A stretch of 62,601 nucleotides of DNA, filler included, from Trichosphaerium sp. ATCC 40318 (GCA_038496445.1; 3 parts of 3 records of this genome joined end to end with filler, not necessarily neighbours in it), one strand, 5' to 3'; counted from the whole stretch's first letter, positions 1-20,434 are shown. The notes: a model not told the origin generated them from the sequence alone. Numbers and translations are program-made.

Positions 1-2774
<2,774 letters not shown>

Positions 2775-2932
2775 GTTGTCAAGGCGGTTTGAATAGCGTG
2801 AAAGTGAGGTAAGCTGACGGCGGGTTTTTGGCTTAAACGTTTTGGCGCCCAAACTCTCTGTGAATTTGATCACCAAAAATTGTATGTTGTAGTTTCGGTG
2901 TTTTTCGTGGCTCTGATAGTTGATGATTAGGC

Positions 2933-3498
2933 ATGTCCATACTACGGAGTGCCTTCTCCGGCCAAAGAAGAGCGTTTATTCAATCGTGTACGCAAAATAA
3001 GGCAAATGCTTATTGTAGGGAAAGAATACGCATTCGTACCGTACAACGATGCTATGCCACATCGTTTAAGCGCCCAAGAACGCGTGAACCCACTTTGAAC
3101 GAATTTTCGAAAAGAATACTTCAATCATACAACCGAAGCCATTGGGTAGAAGTAAGGAACATAACTTTGACACTCCCGCATCTTACCAGTTTATTTAAGG
3201 TTAATGCAGCCTTCAAAGATATACAAGACTCTGCGAACACAGGTGAGTGCAAGGGCATCGCTAAGGTACGATAAACATTGACAATACGAGAAAATGAAGG
3301 TAATTCCTCATGATCTTCAAAGAACCTTGGTTACCTCTTGCAAAATGGCGTTGATGCTGCCGACGTTATTATCTCGCGCATTTCAACTGGCATGGACAGT
3401 GTACGAGCCATTGAAGTAGTATCAGCTAATGTTCACTTCTGCCGTTTCAGGCACGTTTCTGATTGTTGTTTTTTCTTTTTTTGTACTTGATAATTTTT
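2933..3498 (+). pseudogene. Left-arm truncated copy of the mitochondrial-type gene
   Basis: Mirror of 4250->3685. The extra C near 3426 shifts the frame, and the copy ends inside an intron at the fold-back junction. Confidence 0.7.
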
Positions 3499-3499
3499 T

Positions 3500-4250
3500 A
3501 TTTCCTTAGAGATTATTGCTATGGTTCAACGCTACGCACTTTTTGACATCATCAGTCAAACCCATGAGCAAGGAGGCATAATGACCACTATTGATGAATT
3601 CTGGCTGTTTGGCAAATACTGTGTCAATGATGCGTTGAGCCACGCAAGGAAATTTAGCTGTGCGCACACATTAGTGAGGAAGTCAAAAATTATCAAGTAC
3701 AAAAAAAGAAAAAAACAACAATCAGAAACGTGCCTGAAACGGCAGAAGTGATCATTACTGATACTACTTCAATGGCTCGTACACTGTCCATGCCAGTTGA
3801 AATGCGCGAGATAATAACGTCGGCAGCATCAACGCCATTTTGCAAGAGGTAACCAAGGTTCTTTGAAGATCATGAGGAATTACCTTCATTTTCTCGTATT
3901 GTCAATGTTTATCGTACCTTAGCGATGCCCTTGCACTCACCTGTGTTCGCAGAGTCTTGTATATCTTTGAAGGCTGCATTAACCTTAAATAAACTGGTAA
4001 GATGCGGGAGTGTCAAAGTTATGTTCCTTACTTCTACCCAATGGCTTCGGTTGTATGATTGAAGTATTCTTTTCGAAAATTCGTTCAAAGTGGGTTCACG
4101 CGTTCTTGGGCGCTTAAACGATGTGGCATAGCATCGTTGTACGGTACGAATGCGTATTCTTTCCCTACAATAAGCATTTGCCTTATTTTGCGTACACGAT
4201 TGAATAAACGCTCTTCTTTGGCCGGAGAAGGCACTCCGTAGTATGGACAT
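3500..4250 (-). CDS. 5' part of a spliced gene for a probably mitochondrion-targeted helical (possibly PPR-like) protein, cut off at the palindrome centre
   Basis: Arg-rich N-terminus with few acidic residues (MSILRSAFSGQRRAF...RCYATS). Exons continue NLGYLLQNGVDAADV...SAVS|AKFPCVAQRIIDTVFAKQPEFINSGHYASLLMGL into the spacer. Confidence 0.6.
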
Positions 4251-4408
4251 GCCTAATCATCAACTATCAGAGCCACGAAAAACACCGAAACTACAACATA
4301 CAATTTTTGGTGATCAAATTCACAGAGAGTTTGGGCGCCAAAACGTTTAAGCCAAAAACCCGCCGTCAGCTTACCTCACTTTCACGCTATTCAAACCGCC
4401 TTGACAAC

Positions 4409-9269
<4,861 letters not shown>

Positions 9270-9411
9270 AACAAAAGAATCTCAGCAAATAAAACAATTT
9301 TCAAAAGAAAGCTTCCAGAATTTACGACCCAGATCTGCATCAAAATGTTTAATTTATAAATAAGCCATGTTGTATTGTAAAAATTGTGTACACGCTCTAT
9401 TGTGACACTGT

Positions 9412-11505
9412 CTACAGGAAATACGTTGTCTGTATGCGCTGTAAAATTACAAGTTTCTGTTTCCTCAAAAACTTGGGATTTGCAATTTGAGACAAATCTT
9501 CCAATAGCCAATGTGTCGTTTCCTTATCTGCTCCACGCCAATGAGGAATGTAACTCATGAGTTTATGAACAAGCATTGTAAGCTTTCCGAATTCTTCTGC
9601 TTTCAGCGGCATGTCATTTGTCTGACGTACATGAGTGAATGCCTTGATGAGCGCTGCTTCCTCACTTTTTGAAATTGTAGCTTGAATTGAATTGAGAAGA
9701 ACCGATATTTCTCGGAATGTTCCTTTGACATGTTTCTCCATTGCTGAACCTTTTCTCTTTGAAGGTGCTGATACATAAAGACCAAATTTGTACATTACAT
9801 ACAGAATTCCAATTGCTGGGATGGCCGCCAAGAAACGAAAGTTAAGTTCATTCGCTATCGCAGATAGTTAGCTAACAGGACACCAGTGAAGTGATGGTAA
9901 AAAAACGTACAGGCAAGCAATTTATCAAGTTGAAGCATGGCACGTTCTACGTCTACAACCTGTTTCTGTACTTGTATCAATATAAGTCTGATCAAGTTGC
10001 CGAGTAATGCGTTTTTAAGAGGAGCTTGTATTTCTGATTCATATGCTGTCATTATGGCAGCAAGGTCACCTTGTTCTGCCGAAACACGGAGTATTTGAAG
10101 CTGATGTGGGCCTATACCAGGCTCTACAGCAGTTTCAAAGTCTACAACCATATTCCCTAAGCTACTGACGCTGGATTCAAGAGCACGTTCACCTATGATC
10201 TTTGCGTGCTCATTATCATATCTGTCACCAAAACAGTTAGCGCAACTGACACGCGACACCGATTATTACCTTATAATTTGTAACACCTGAACTATTGGTG
10301 CTTCTATTTGTGATCTATAAAAGTGTCCCAGATTATGATACAACTCAATGCCTTGATCAATGATGCTCTGCCAATTTCCGAAAATATACCTAATCAGCAT
10401 AAGACCACGCCCAAAAACTTAGTGATGTACCTGCATGTAAGGACTGACGCTACTGTGAGAATCGGTACATAGTACCAGTGACGTGATATATAGCTACCTG
10501 CGCCGTGTGTTCGTATAGCTATGCGTAGTACTTTGGGTAACGAGATAGTGCGGTTAAGGAAAACCGTGATTTCTGCTCTTAAATCAGAGCTTTCGGATTC
10601 TTCAATTGTTTCTCCAGTGAGATCTTGGATGCTATTGAAAAAGTCGTTGTGTGTATCAACCAGCTGCGTTAGATATTTTCGAACACCCTCGATGGTTTGG
10701 AACTCAGACAGACCCATCAGATACGATGCCTTGCCTATGAGCTCGTACAACGCCTGAACTTATATTAGACACTTGAATTTGACACTGTCCAGAGACTATT
10801 GTTACCTGTAAGAGGGATCGGAGATGTTGCAAGTGAGTGGCACGTTGTTGACTTAGTTTAACGAACGCTGGCAAGTTGTGAGAAAGAAAAGTACTAAAAA
10901 GGCAACTCACGCTTTTTGTGAACGCGGTGGTTATATAGCATAGTTGCCCAGTACCAAGGGCTCTTTTGGACATAAAGCCACATTCCTTGTTGCTGTTCCC
11001 AGTACTCAATGTGACTCTCGACTTGACAACTTGTCAACGTGTGCGTAATAGAGTGTCTATAGCGTACTGGTTGGAATGGCTTCGATTGCCGCTGATAACA
11101 TGTTTCGCTGAGCAGTTGTCATCAAGATCGCCGCCATAAGAAGAAAGGAGTCACTTTCAGAATTCTCAGAGTCATCGACATGCTTGATAATGTGCAATAA
11201 TTGGCTTGCACCGGAGCTGAGGCTATTAGCACATGTGTTGCGTAATTTTCAACAAAGTACCTCCTACGCGCAGTGAGGTATCTAAGGGCCTCGTTTATTG
11301 AGCCTACAGGATGATGCTCCTCAAGATCAAACGCAATAAGCTCCTTCAGAGCAGCAACAGCTTCATTTATCTTAACCTCTACCAAAGGTACCTTTACACG
11401 CTTGGAAGCGATGTTCTCAACTTTGCCAACAAAAAACCGATGAAGCTGCGCCTTAGAGTTTGGCCATAGGTATTTTGACCAGTAATCAAGCGCATTTGTG
11501 GTCAT
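9412..11505 (-). CDS. NCA2/DGS1-family mitochondrial membrane protein (multi-exon)
   Basis: YESEIQAPLKNALLGNLIRLILIQVQKQVVDVERAMLQLDKLLA..NELNFRFLAAIP matches the NCA2/DGS1 C-terminal signature. Confidence 0.85.
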
Positions 11506-11674
11506 GTCGTTGAGTTTACAAAAAGTAGCTTAAATAAAACGTGCAAAAATTGAAATGTATTGAATAACTCAACGCAAATACCACTCAATCGCGTAATTAA
11601 TGCAAATTAACGCTTGTGTAGCATTCTAAAGAAGTACGGTGGGTTAATCAAAAAAACCCAATGACACAGTGAGA

Positions 11675-13183
11675 ATGAAGGTTGCAGCTTGGTCCACTAG
11701 CAAGTACCGGGCTATTCAACGCCGAAATAAATTTGTAGCTACTGGCTCAAGCCAAAGTGTTCCAAGATACCCTAAAGGCTTTTGGGCGCTTCCAGATAAC
11801 CGAAATTCAATCGCTATACAGGTTCATTTTGTCAAGTGTACACGGCATATTAAAACAAGTTAGTTTGAGCGCGAACGCGGCATAAAAGAGCTTGATGACT
11901 GGTACAAATTTATCGCTGAAGATGTAGTAAAAATAGGTGGTACAGCAATGAAATTATGCAATCACTCTCTAGTTCAGTTCCTGGGACTCGTGTACCCAGA
12001 CCACAAGTGGGATATATGGAGATTTCGTACGTGTCAAAATGTCAATAATGAAATGACACATTTTCACAATGTCCAAGTTTTTCCAGTTGTCTTACAACGT
12101 TACTTAGGCAAAAAGCCTCACAAGTTTTACAAATCATTCAGCAACCAATTTGCTTGCATGCGCATGGTACTAAAATTTATAAAACACTACAAAAAAAAGT
12201 TTAGAGAGTACGCAATACTCACTTTGTTTTAAAGCTCGAAGCACGGTTGAATATAAGAAAAGTGAGTGATTGGTATAACGTTATTGTCACCGACATGAAT
12301 AAGGCCGGTGGAGGGACACTGGTGCAGTACGTTATGCGTTGATAACCAAAGATTAAAATTTAAAAAAATAGAACATTTGACTATTCCCTACGCAATGTCT
12401 TGTCATACTTTTATCCTGATTTCGATTGGGAGCCCTGGAAATTTAGTGCGCTACTTCATACTCCACGTAAGTTCGATTATAACATAATAGAGCGTGTTCA
12501 CAGAAACTTTTGGATCGTGCCTGGCAACCTAGAGACTATTACTCGAAAAGTAATTACAATATCGTTTGTTTAAGCTAAACATTTTATAGTTGGAGAAGCA
12601 ATTGAATATCACATCTCTAGAAGACTGGTACAAGATAAGCATAAGACAAGTTAACCTACTAGTCGGTGCATCTATACAAACGTATGATAATTCAACGTTA
12701 CTGTTTATACTAATGTAGTCGTAGAATATTTAGATCAGTGGCAGGGTTTTTAAAATATATGTATGCAGATTACAAGTGGATCCCATGGAAATTCAGTACC
12801 ACAAGATTGTCCTGTGCATTAAACTTATTGGTTTTTAGCAAAAGCACAAAACTTTAGCGTTCTCTCCAACGCACGCGCTTTCCTAAATAGTGCAACAAAA
12901 AAACTTAGAATACAATCATACGCTGATTGGTATAGGGTCGCTCAAGTAAGTGCCAATACCTTACTCACCCGTTGTCTCTAAGCATTGCCCAAAGAGAGAT
13001 ATCAGGTTGCTTGGAGGAGCAAGCCTTCTGACAAATTGGCATTCCGTATTAAAGAGAGCATATCCCGACTACCATTGGAAATACAAACATTTATTATATC
13101 GTGATAAACGAGCGTTTCGTGTTTTTTCACATGAAAAAACGTGTTTGCTGATTGGTTTTTTTTTTCAGTCGACGTTTCTTTAA
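11675..13183 (+). CDS. Repeat protein with four ~65-aa units (FW...N...L.I...DWY....GG...S....L...YP...W..WKF); 3' end overwritten by an inverted insertion
   Basis: Spliced exons give DDWYKF...YPDHKWDIWRF, SDWYNV...YPDFDWEPWKF, EDWYKI...YADYKWIPWKF and ADWYRV...YPDYHWKY. The basic N-terminus resembles a transit peptide. Confidence 0.75.
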
Positions 13184-13319
13184 GCAATGTTTCATGCAGC
13201 AACTTCGTCCTGGCAATAAACATCACTTTGCAGAATGGGAGAATGATAGTCATCTTGAGATATACTTCAAAGATCATCCGGATGCAAGGAGACTGTACGA
13301 AATTTCAAAACTTTTTTGT
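13110..13319 (+). repeat. ~210-bp inverted copy of 17399-17612 (one exon plus intron flanks of the C2-ARM-U-box gene)
   Basis: Near-identical reverse complement with only small indels, including a 1-nt deletion in the exon. Confidence 0.95.
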
Positions 13320-13367
13320 CTTGGTTTTTTTTTACGTTTACAAGCTAGTTTACAATTCATCTCAAAA

Positions 13368-16300
13368 CTATGCATTATCAGCTAGTTCAGGATATTTATG
13401 CAAGAATTCTTGCACAGCTTTTCTCAGTGTTATATTAGGGATGAGGACCTTTCACAAAGAACGTTAGCGAGGGAAAAACAATTATAAAGAAAAAAATCAA
13501 GAAAAAAAGAGGAATCTATTTGACGGAACTTTACCTTGCTAGGTAAAGTCTCTCCAGTTAGTGGTGAAAGGTCATGTCCAGAAAGCCAGTCTTCAATCAT
13601 CTCTCTTTCATAAGAGTGACCATCACAAGTCATTACAGGATCTTGGAAAGGCTCTTGAGAAATAGGACAAATAAAATCTTCAGGGAATTCACTACGAGGA
13701 AAGAGATGTAAGTAACGATATTGACAGTTTGTATACAAACTAGAGTTTTTTCTTGGGAAATTTAGATGACGTACAGTAATGCAGTCGCTGAAGAGAATGC
13801 TTTTAGACAGTTACGTGCAGCTGGGCCTATTATAGGATCATTTGCCATTTTTTGCAATTTTTTCACAGCTTGTTTTTCGTTTATCGACTCTCTAACATCA
13901 TCCTCTATATATTCAAGTCAATAACAAACACGGTCATGCGTAAATATTTGTTTTGGAGGTATAAATTTTAAAAAAAACTTGTTTTGAAAGGAACTGGAGT
14001 CAAGGGACTTAAAAAAAGTGCTAAAATGTTTAGGTTCGATTTTTTTGAATGTAGCTCAGTTGTGTGATTCTAACCGTACCTGTAACTAAATCACCAATAG
14101 CTGCTAAAGCAGCTTGAACAACTGGTTGTGGTTTTGGGGTCAAAAGCGATGGATTGGATACAATACTGAATAAAGTAGTAACAGTGTTTGTGATAATTAT
14201 GTTCTCAAGGATTTGTTTCGTCTGAAAACAGATTTAGTGAAACAAGTCTTAGAAATGAAGGAGTTGACGTACATCAGGTATAATAGGAAAGCATAGGTTA
14301 TGTATAATACGAACTGCATGGTAAACAACCTCAGCTTCATGTGTCAAGTACCTTTGTTGATTGTTAGCTTTTTTTTTTGTGATTTCAAAGAAATGGACTC
14401 TCGTACTCTACAAATTGTATTACAGGTATCTGTTTGGATAACATGAGTTTTCTTGAAACAGGAGAATCTTAATGGAGGTTATTATTGAATATATTCTTTA
14501 GTATAAAGAGCGTACTTGATGTCAACTTAGCTACAAGTTTAAGACTTGTTTGCGTGACTATTATTGATTCTGATTTTTTCAATAAAGCGCTTAGAGCCTC
14601 GAATACATCTGCTTTACAAAGTTCACCATGTGTTTGTTCATCTAAAATTTAACAACAACACGTTAGGAACAATAAAAAAATAGTCAAGAAAAAAGTGAAA
14701 AAAAAAAAACCAAAACCAGATTCAAAGAATTAGTAGTCGACTCGCTCCTTACCTGTTGCGATATTGAGTATTAAACTTAAGCAATTTTGTTGAATGTTTT
14801 GATCTTCACTAGCCAATAAACTTACAAGCCGCCTGAGGAGTTCTTTGTCTCCATGTTTGTAAATCTCTAAGCACAATGCATCACCTAAGTGTATGTAAGG
14901 ATATTTTCTTCTACATGATTCTGAATTGTTGTACTGTCTTGTGAGAGTATGTTTATACATCTTAAACCGAGTCCGATATCAATAGGATCTTCAGTTTCAA
15001 GAACAGATAATAGTGAAGTAAGTTGCGAGTTATTGTCAACAAGAAGTGCAGATATTTTGTCAAGGTTCTATTATAAAAAAAATTGTGTTAACACTGATTT
15101 GTTTTTTTGGACAAAGGGCTATCATGTCCCTCCATTGTACCTCTTGATTATCCTCCAAAAGATTTTTTAACATACGTAAGGCAACATGGATTTCCTTTGG
15201 ATAAAGAGTAAGAAGAAGAATGCGTTGACAAAGGTAAAAAGATGCGACACAAAAAAACAATAACCTACTTTTCTACTATCCTTTCGCTTAATAGTATCTA
15301 AGATATCTGCAACAAGATGTTGTTCAGACTCTGATGTTCTATACGCCTTTAATAAAAACATAGCTTTATCAGCAACAGCTTCTGTAGTTGACGATGATAT
15401 GCTAATCAAAATCTTGCTCGCCTATACAAAAACATTAATAACCATAAGTTTGTTTTCAAGGAAATTACCTTCTCCAGGACGATGTTTGCTTCCTCTGACT
15501 TTACAGGGATGAATTGAGAAATAACTTGTAGTAAAACAAGTGTTGTATTATCATTGGCATCACCAGTATCGAAGTGTTGTACTAAATGATCTGTAATGTC
15601 CACTGCAATTGCTTTTTGATTTTCGGAGTCTACAAAAAAACCAATTAATGACTTTCTGCATTGTCTTGTTTACTATGCTAACTCACTTTTATGTGCAATC
15701 TGCTTCAATGTATGAAGAACAGCTTTACTAAATCTTTGATAATGTAGCAAATCTAGTAGTATAGGTATGCCTAAAAGAGAGTCAGCAACTTTTGTTTGAG
15801 TTTTTTTTTTGCGAACCTCCTGAATATCTAATAACATCCTTATTAGACTTTATCTCTCCAGCACGACCATAAGACAGATTACCAAGTATCTGTAGCACAA
15901 GATGCTATTGTGGAAGTGGTTAGAAAAGAACCAAAGAAATAGCAACGTACTTTAGCAGAAGAGCCTTTTGAGCGTTGTAAGACAGCTAGAAGCACAGGTA
16001 TCAAGCCTGTTGTTCTAAATTTGCTTTGTATCAATGAATCTATACCAAAGGTTATTGATAACGATGACTACTGAAAAGAGAAAGCACGTACCACGTATTG
16101 AGAGTAGAGAGAGAATTTCCAGTATTTTCTTCTGAGGTACATATTTATCAGGTCTTTTAAGGAGTTTTAATAAAAGAGTTAAGCCATCTCTATTCTCTAG
16201 CTCTGCTAGACAATTGGAATCTATTTTTTGATTTAGTTCTCTCTTCTTAAGCGATTCGCTGAGAAAGTATTCTTTTAAAACTGTACTGTACCACTTTTAC

Positions 16301-17885
16301 AAACAGATAGCAATAATCTAATCACTTCATCTTGGAGTTTTGGCTCATCTGTTCTCTGAAAAAAGCGTTAGAAAATGAAGAGTTAGATGAAAAAAAAAAA
16401 TGAAAAAAGAGTTTTTAGTGGTGTTGACAAGGGCGTACAAGCATTGGGACTACTAGCCGCAATATGCCGTTATCATGACATATTGTAGCTGCATTTTTAG
16501 GATCACTTTCAGTCATCTCATTTAGTTGTTTTAAAAGTGATAAAGGATTAATGCTACTTTGAGAACGAGAAGCACGTGGTCTAGTTTTTTTTCTTATACT
16601 ATCTGCTATTTTTTTAATCTTTTGTTGCATTTGTCTTATCTCTAATGATACATGTGCTGTCTTTGCGAGGCCATTTAATATACTATCAGGTCTCTTGAAA
16701 ACAGGTGCATTTAACCGTAATCACAACATTGTCAAGGCAATAGATAAAAAGGAGTCGCAATTATAAAAAAACAGAAAAAAAATTCAAATGTCGTTTTGGA
16801 TACTTATAAATCTTCTTGTCTGGTGTCACTGCACCTACAACTATTGGTGAAGCTTGCATGATTTCTAATAAAATTAGTTAAAGAGAAGTCATAATAATAA
16901 AAGTTACTCGTGTCGCAGTGCAAGCCATCTTCCATTTGAGCAAGAGGTGGTAAATCGCGTAATGTCATTTGTCCTTCAATATACCCAAATTTCGTATCTT
17001 TGAACTCAAACGCTTCAGTAAAATGTACTGGTTCTTCACGTAATGAGTAACATGAGGATAAGGAGAGCTATTGAAAAAAAAAAAGTCAGTATTTTTTTGG
17101 TTTTCTAGCTGTTTCTATCGCACTGAAGATGTTCCTAATAGTTCCTTGGCACCCTCACAATCGTTATATACTTCAACAACGATAGTTTGTTTTAATAGAG
17201 ACTGATAATAAGATTTAGTTTTAATTCGCCACAACAAGTTTTAAACGTACCCGTAGTGTCGCTGTGAACGGTAGAGGAGCTATCCGAAGCCATGAAGGAT
17301 TATTTGTGTTGTAACAAATGGGCGTACTTGGCGTATGTGAGGAGTTTGTTTTGTGTGAAAATTAATGAAAAATTGAAAAAAAACTAAGAATAGAACGAAC
17401 AAAAAAGTTTTGAAATTTCGTACAGTCTCCTTGCATCCGGATGATCTTTGAAGTATATCTCAAGATGACTATCATTCTCCCATTCTGCAAAGTGATGTTT
17501 ATTGCCAGGACGAAGTTGGCTGCATGAAACATTGCTTAAAGAAACGTCGACTGAAAAAAAAAAACCAATCAGCAAACACGTCTTTTTTCATGTGAAAAAA
17601 CACGAAACGCTCAGGCGACTACGCACTTGTCGATATACACTTCATCGTAACACTAAAATTCAATCTACCCCGTGTTGTAAATCCATGCTCCTTTGCACGA
17701 CTTGACTTATTTTTCTACGCCAGGATAACATCGTTTTAGCGACAAAACAAGTAGATTAAGCGTAAAAAAAAAATTCTTAATACCTTGTCAATTTTTTGTA
17801 TTGCAACATCATGTGTTACAGGTCCTGTTGCCAATAAAAACAAGTCCAGGGTCACGTATCCTATTATTACAGAATTAATTGATAC
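13368..17885 (-). CDS. C2-like + ARM-repeat + C-terminal U-box E3 ubiquitin ligase (5' truncated at the contig end)
   Basis: U-box FPEDFICPISQEPFQDPVMTCDGHSYERE...SPLTGETLPSK-VLIPNITLRKAV. ARM-like exons (LRRLVSLLASEDQNIQQNCLSLILNIA). C2-like exons IGYVTLDLFLLA and TPICYNTNNPSW. Confidence 0.8.
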
Positions 17886-17961
17886 TATAAGTACGGAAGT
17901 ACAGTTGGGAAGCGAGAACAAAAAAGGTTTAGTTTGTTTTGCTTGTATTTCAATTAATAAA

Positions 17962-18061
17962 NNNNNNNNNNNNNNNNNNNNNNNNNNNNNNNNNNNNNNN
18001 NNNNNTTAATTAATTAANNNNNNNNNNNNNNNNNNNNNNNNNNNNNNNNNNNNNNNNNNNN
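17962..18061. other. Artificial contig-joining linker (N44-TTAATTAATTAA-N44)
   Basis: Six-frame stop linker inside N runs; an identical 100-nt unit occurs at 35533-35632. Confidence 0.97.
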
Positions 18062-18074
18062 TATTTGATAATAG

Positions 18075-19616
18075 GTGATGACTTGGATTTTGTTAAGGAC
18101 TAATATTGAAGAAAGTATTGCTGAAGTATCATCAGTGTACCTCTCAGACTTGAACACTAAAGTAAAGATTCAAAACTTGTTTCTATATTCTTCATGTGCG
18201 TTTTAAAGAAAGATTTGGACTTTGTTGGATGTAATGCTTATTTCTTTTTAGCTGCTGATCCGTGGAGCGGTGCTTCTGGAGATGGAGCTGCATCTGCTCT
18301 TTTGAATGAAATTGTAGCTTACTACAGTGTGAATGAGTGCGTTGGATTTTTCTTCTTTTTTTCGATATTGAGCTAATTTTTATTTAGTCCTACACGTCGT
18401 AGTCTCCTCAGTGACTATGAGATTGATGCTTATGCGCTTGTTACTACACGTAATATTGGTGGTGGTACAAATAGCTTTGTTGCTGGTCTTGCAAATGTAG
18501 ATGTTTTGTGTGGAACGAGAAGTACGTGAATTGATAATGGTAGAAAAAAATACTTTTTTTCTGCATTACCAAATTAAATATTATTGTGGCAAGTTATTGA
18601 TGTTTTTCTTTTTTTTTATAGGCGGATCTGTTAATAGAATGTACACTCCTGAGCAAAAGACATCAAGATTTAAGGGATTTGTTGTTACTGTAGCACATGA
18701 ACTTGGTCATACAGTTGGTAGTTCACATACTCATTGTTATAATACACCAGCAATGGCCATAGATGGTACGACATGGATTTTTTTGCTCAAAGAGGAAAAT
18801 ATCTCCCGTTTTTTTTAATCTGTCACATTCGATTTATAGTGCATTCAACAGTTTGTTGCTGCATCAATTCTAGTTGTATATGTAAGAGTATAATGGAGTA
18901 TAACAGTCTAATTAGGTTTTGCATCTGTTCATGTTGATGGATGTCAATCAGGAGAGACATCAAGAGGATCTGCTTGTTTCAGTGGTGCTGAGAGTCAACC
19001 CGCTGATGGAGGAACTATTATGTCCTACTGTTCCAATATTGATATCACTTTTGGTGCAGAAGGAAAGCATGGTACTAATAGTAATCGTGTATCATTGTTA
19101 CTTCGTACAAAGATTGAACAAGCTGGTAAGTAGTCCCAGAGGAAAAGATAATCAAAGTTTTCTTTTCTTGACTTTTGTCGACCATGCTTAACTCTTTACT
19201 GACCCTTTTATTCTTTAGCTGCTGCAGAAAGTAGATGTCTACTTAGAGAAGATTTATCATCAAACTCTGGAGGTAGTAGTGCTGCAGGCGCTGCTATAGG
19301 CGTCATCTTTCTGATCGTTTTTATTATTGTTGTTGTTTGTGTTGTTTGCTACTTCTTATGGAAGTCAAAGAAGTTCTGTTTTGCTCCTGCAGCAAGTAAG
19401 AGTACTTACGGTGGGTCAACATCCCATACTACAACACATGCACCTTCTCCAGCTGTACATGCTAGAGCTGCTCCTGCACCTCCAGCCGCTGCTCGTCCTG
19501 CTCCTGCACCTCCAGCTGCTCATGCTGGTCCTCCTCCTGTCAACCGTGGTGCAAGACCTGAACCTCCACCAAAGCCTAAAATTACCAAACCTTTACCTAC
19601 ACCTCCACAACACTAG
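18075..19616 (+). CDS. Metzincin (reprolysin/M12B-like) metalloprotease with C-terminal TM helix and Pro-rich tail (5' truncated)
   Basis: HELGHTVGSSH zinc motif, GTIMSYC Met-turn, hydrophobic AAIGVIFLIVFIIVVVCVVCYFLW, then PAPPAA/PxxP repeats. Confidence 0.85.
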
Positions 19617-19930
19617 TTTTAGAAAAAACCACATAGGCGCCAAGTCAAAAGAGAAAGAAAAAGAAAAAGAAGATTATGTGGAAAAAAAAAAAGAATTATT
19701 TAAACTTCACATTCCTTTCTTTGGTTTTCCTTTCGCTTTTGTTGTATTAATTATTGTATGGAAAAATAATAAAAAGTTAAAAAAACTTGCTCGTACAACC
19801 CGTTGGAATGAAACGATTTCGCAAAGAGAAAATCTGTAAAGACAATCTTTCTTATTTAGTTGACATCATGATACATGCACTTAAAGGGGAGTAACTTAAC
19901 CGACGCAACCTATTGATAAGAGTACTTTAA

Positions 19931-20434
19931 GGGCACATCCTCTAATTTCAATTTTTGATTTTATACCATTGGCAGCGTACTTTTCACAGTCACGTGTTTT
20001 AAAAATACCGTTCTGTAAACAGTAATTTAAACACAAAAACAGGCCTTAGACCCTAACCAGTGAAGGCTGTTTGGCCTAATTACAGTTACAATAGTGCCTC
20101 AACAGTATTAGAGCTCCTCTAATTTAGTTAAGTGCACTCTGGGCGATTTTGAGGTGATTTTTCAAACCCGTTTTAAAACCCTAAAAAATCATGTTTATTC
20201 GTTTTTATTTTTTAACGTGTAGAAAATGGGTGTATCGTAGCAAGTAAAACAGCCGTGTGGTACTCTTTTTTTGAAAGTGTGCAATTCATAATAGGATTTT
20301 GCACTTTCTTACACGGTATTTTACTGTGCCCATGTTTTCAATAGATGACCACTATGTAACCAAAAAGCTCTGGTTAAAATTACAGGTTGCCAGAGTTATT
20401 TCAAAAAAACTGTCTTGAAAATTTGGGTGTCCCC
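19931..20434. mobile_element. Putative non-autonomous Kolobok-like element
   Basis: TTAA on both sides (19927-30, 20435-38). Purine-starting imperfect TIRs GGGCACATCC..AATTTCAA vs reverse complement GGGGACACCC..ATTTTCAA. No ORF. Confidence 0.5.

Noticed and set aside
18006-18017. TTAATTAATTAA between N runs (also 35577-35588) as a biological motif or TTAA target
   Set aside because: Identical 100-nt N-flanked six-frame-stop linker. It is an assembly concatenation device, so adjacency across it carries no meaning.
19327-19839. 170-aa Leu-rich ORF
   Set aside because: Alternative frame of the metalloprotease's Pro-rich last exon.
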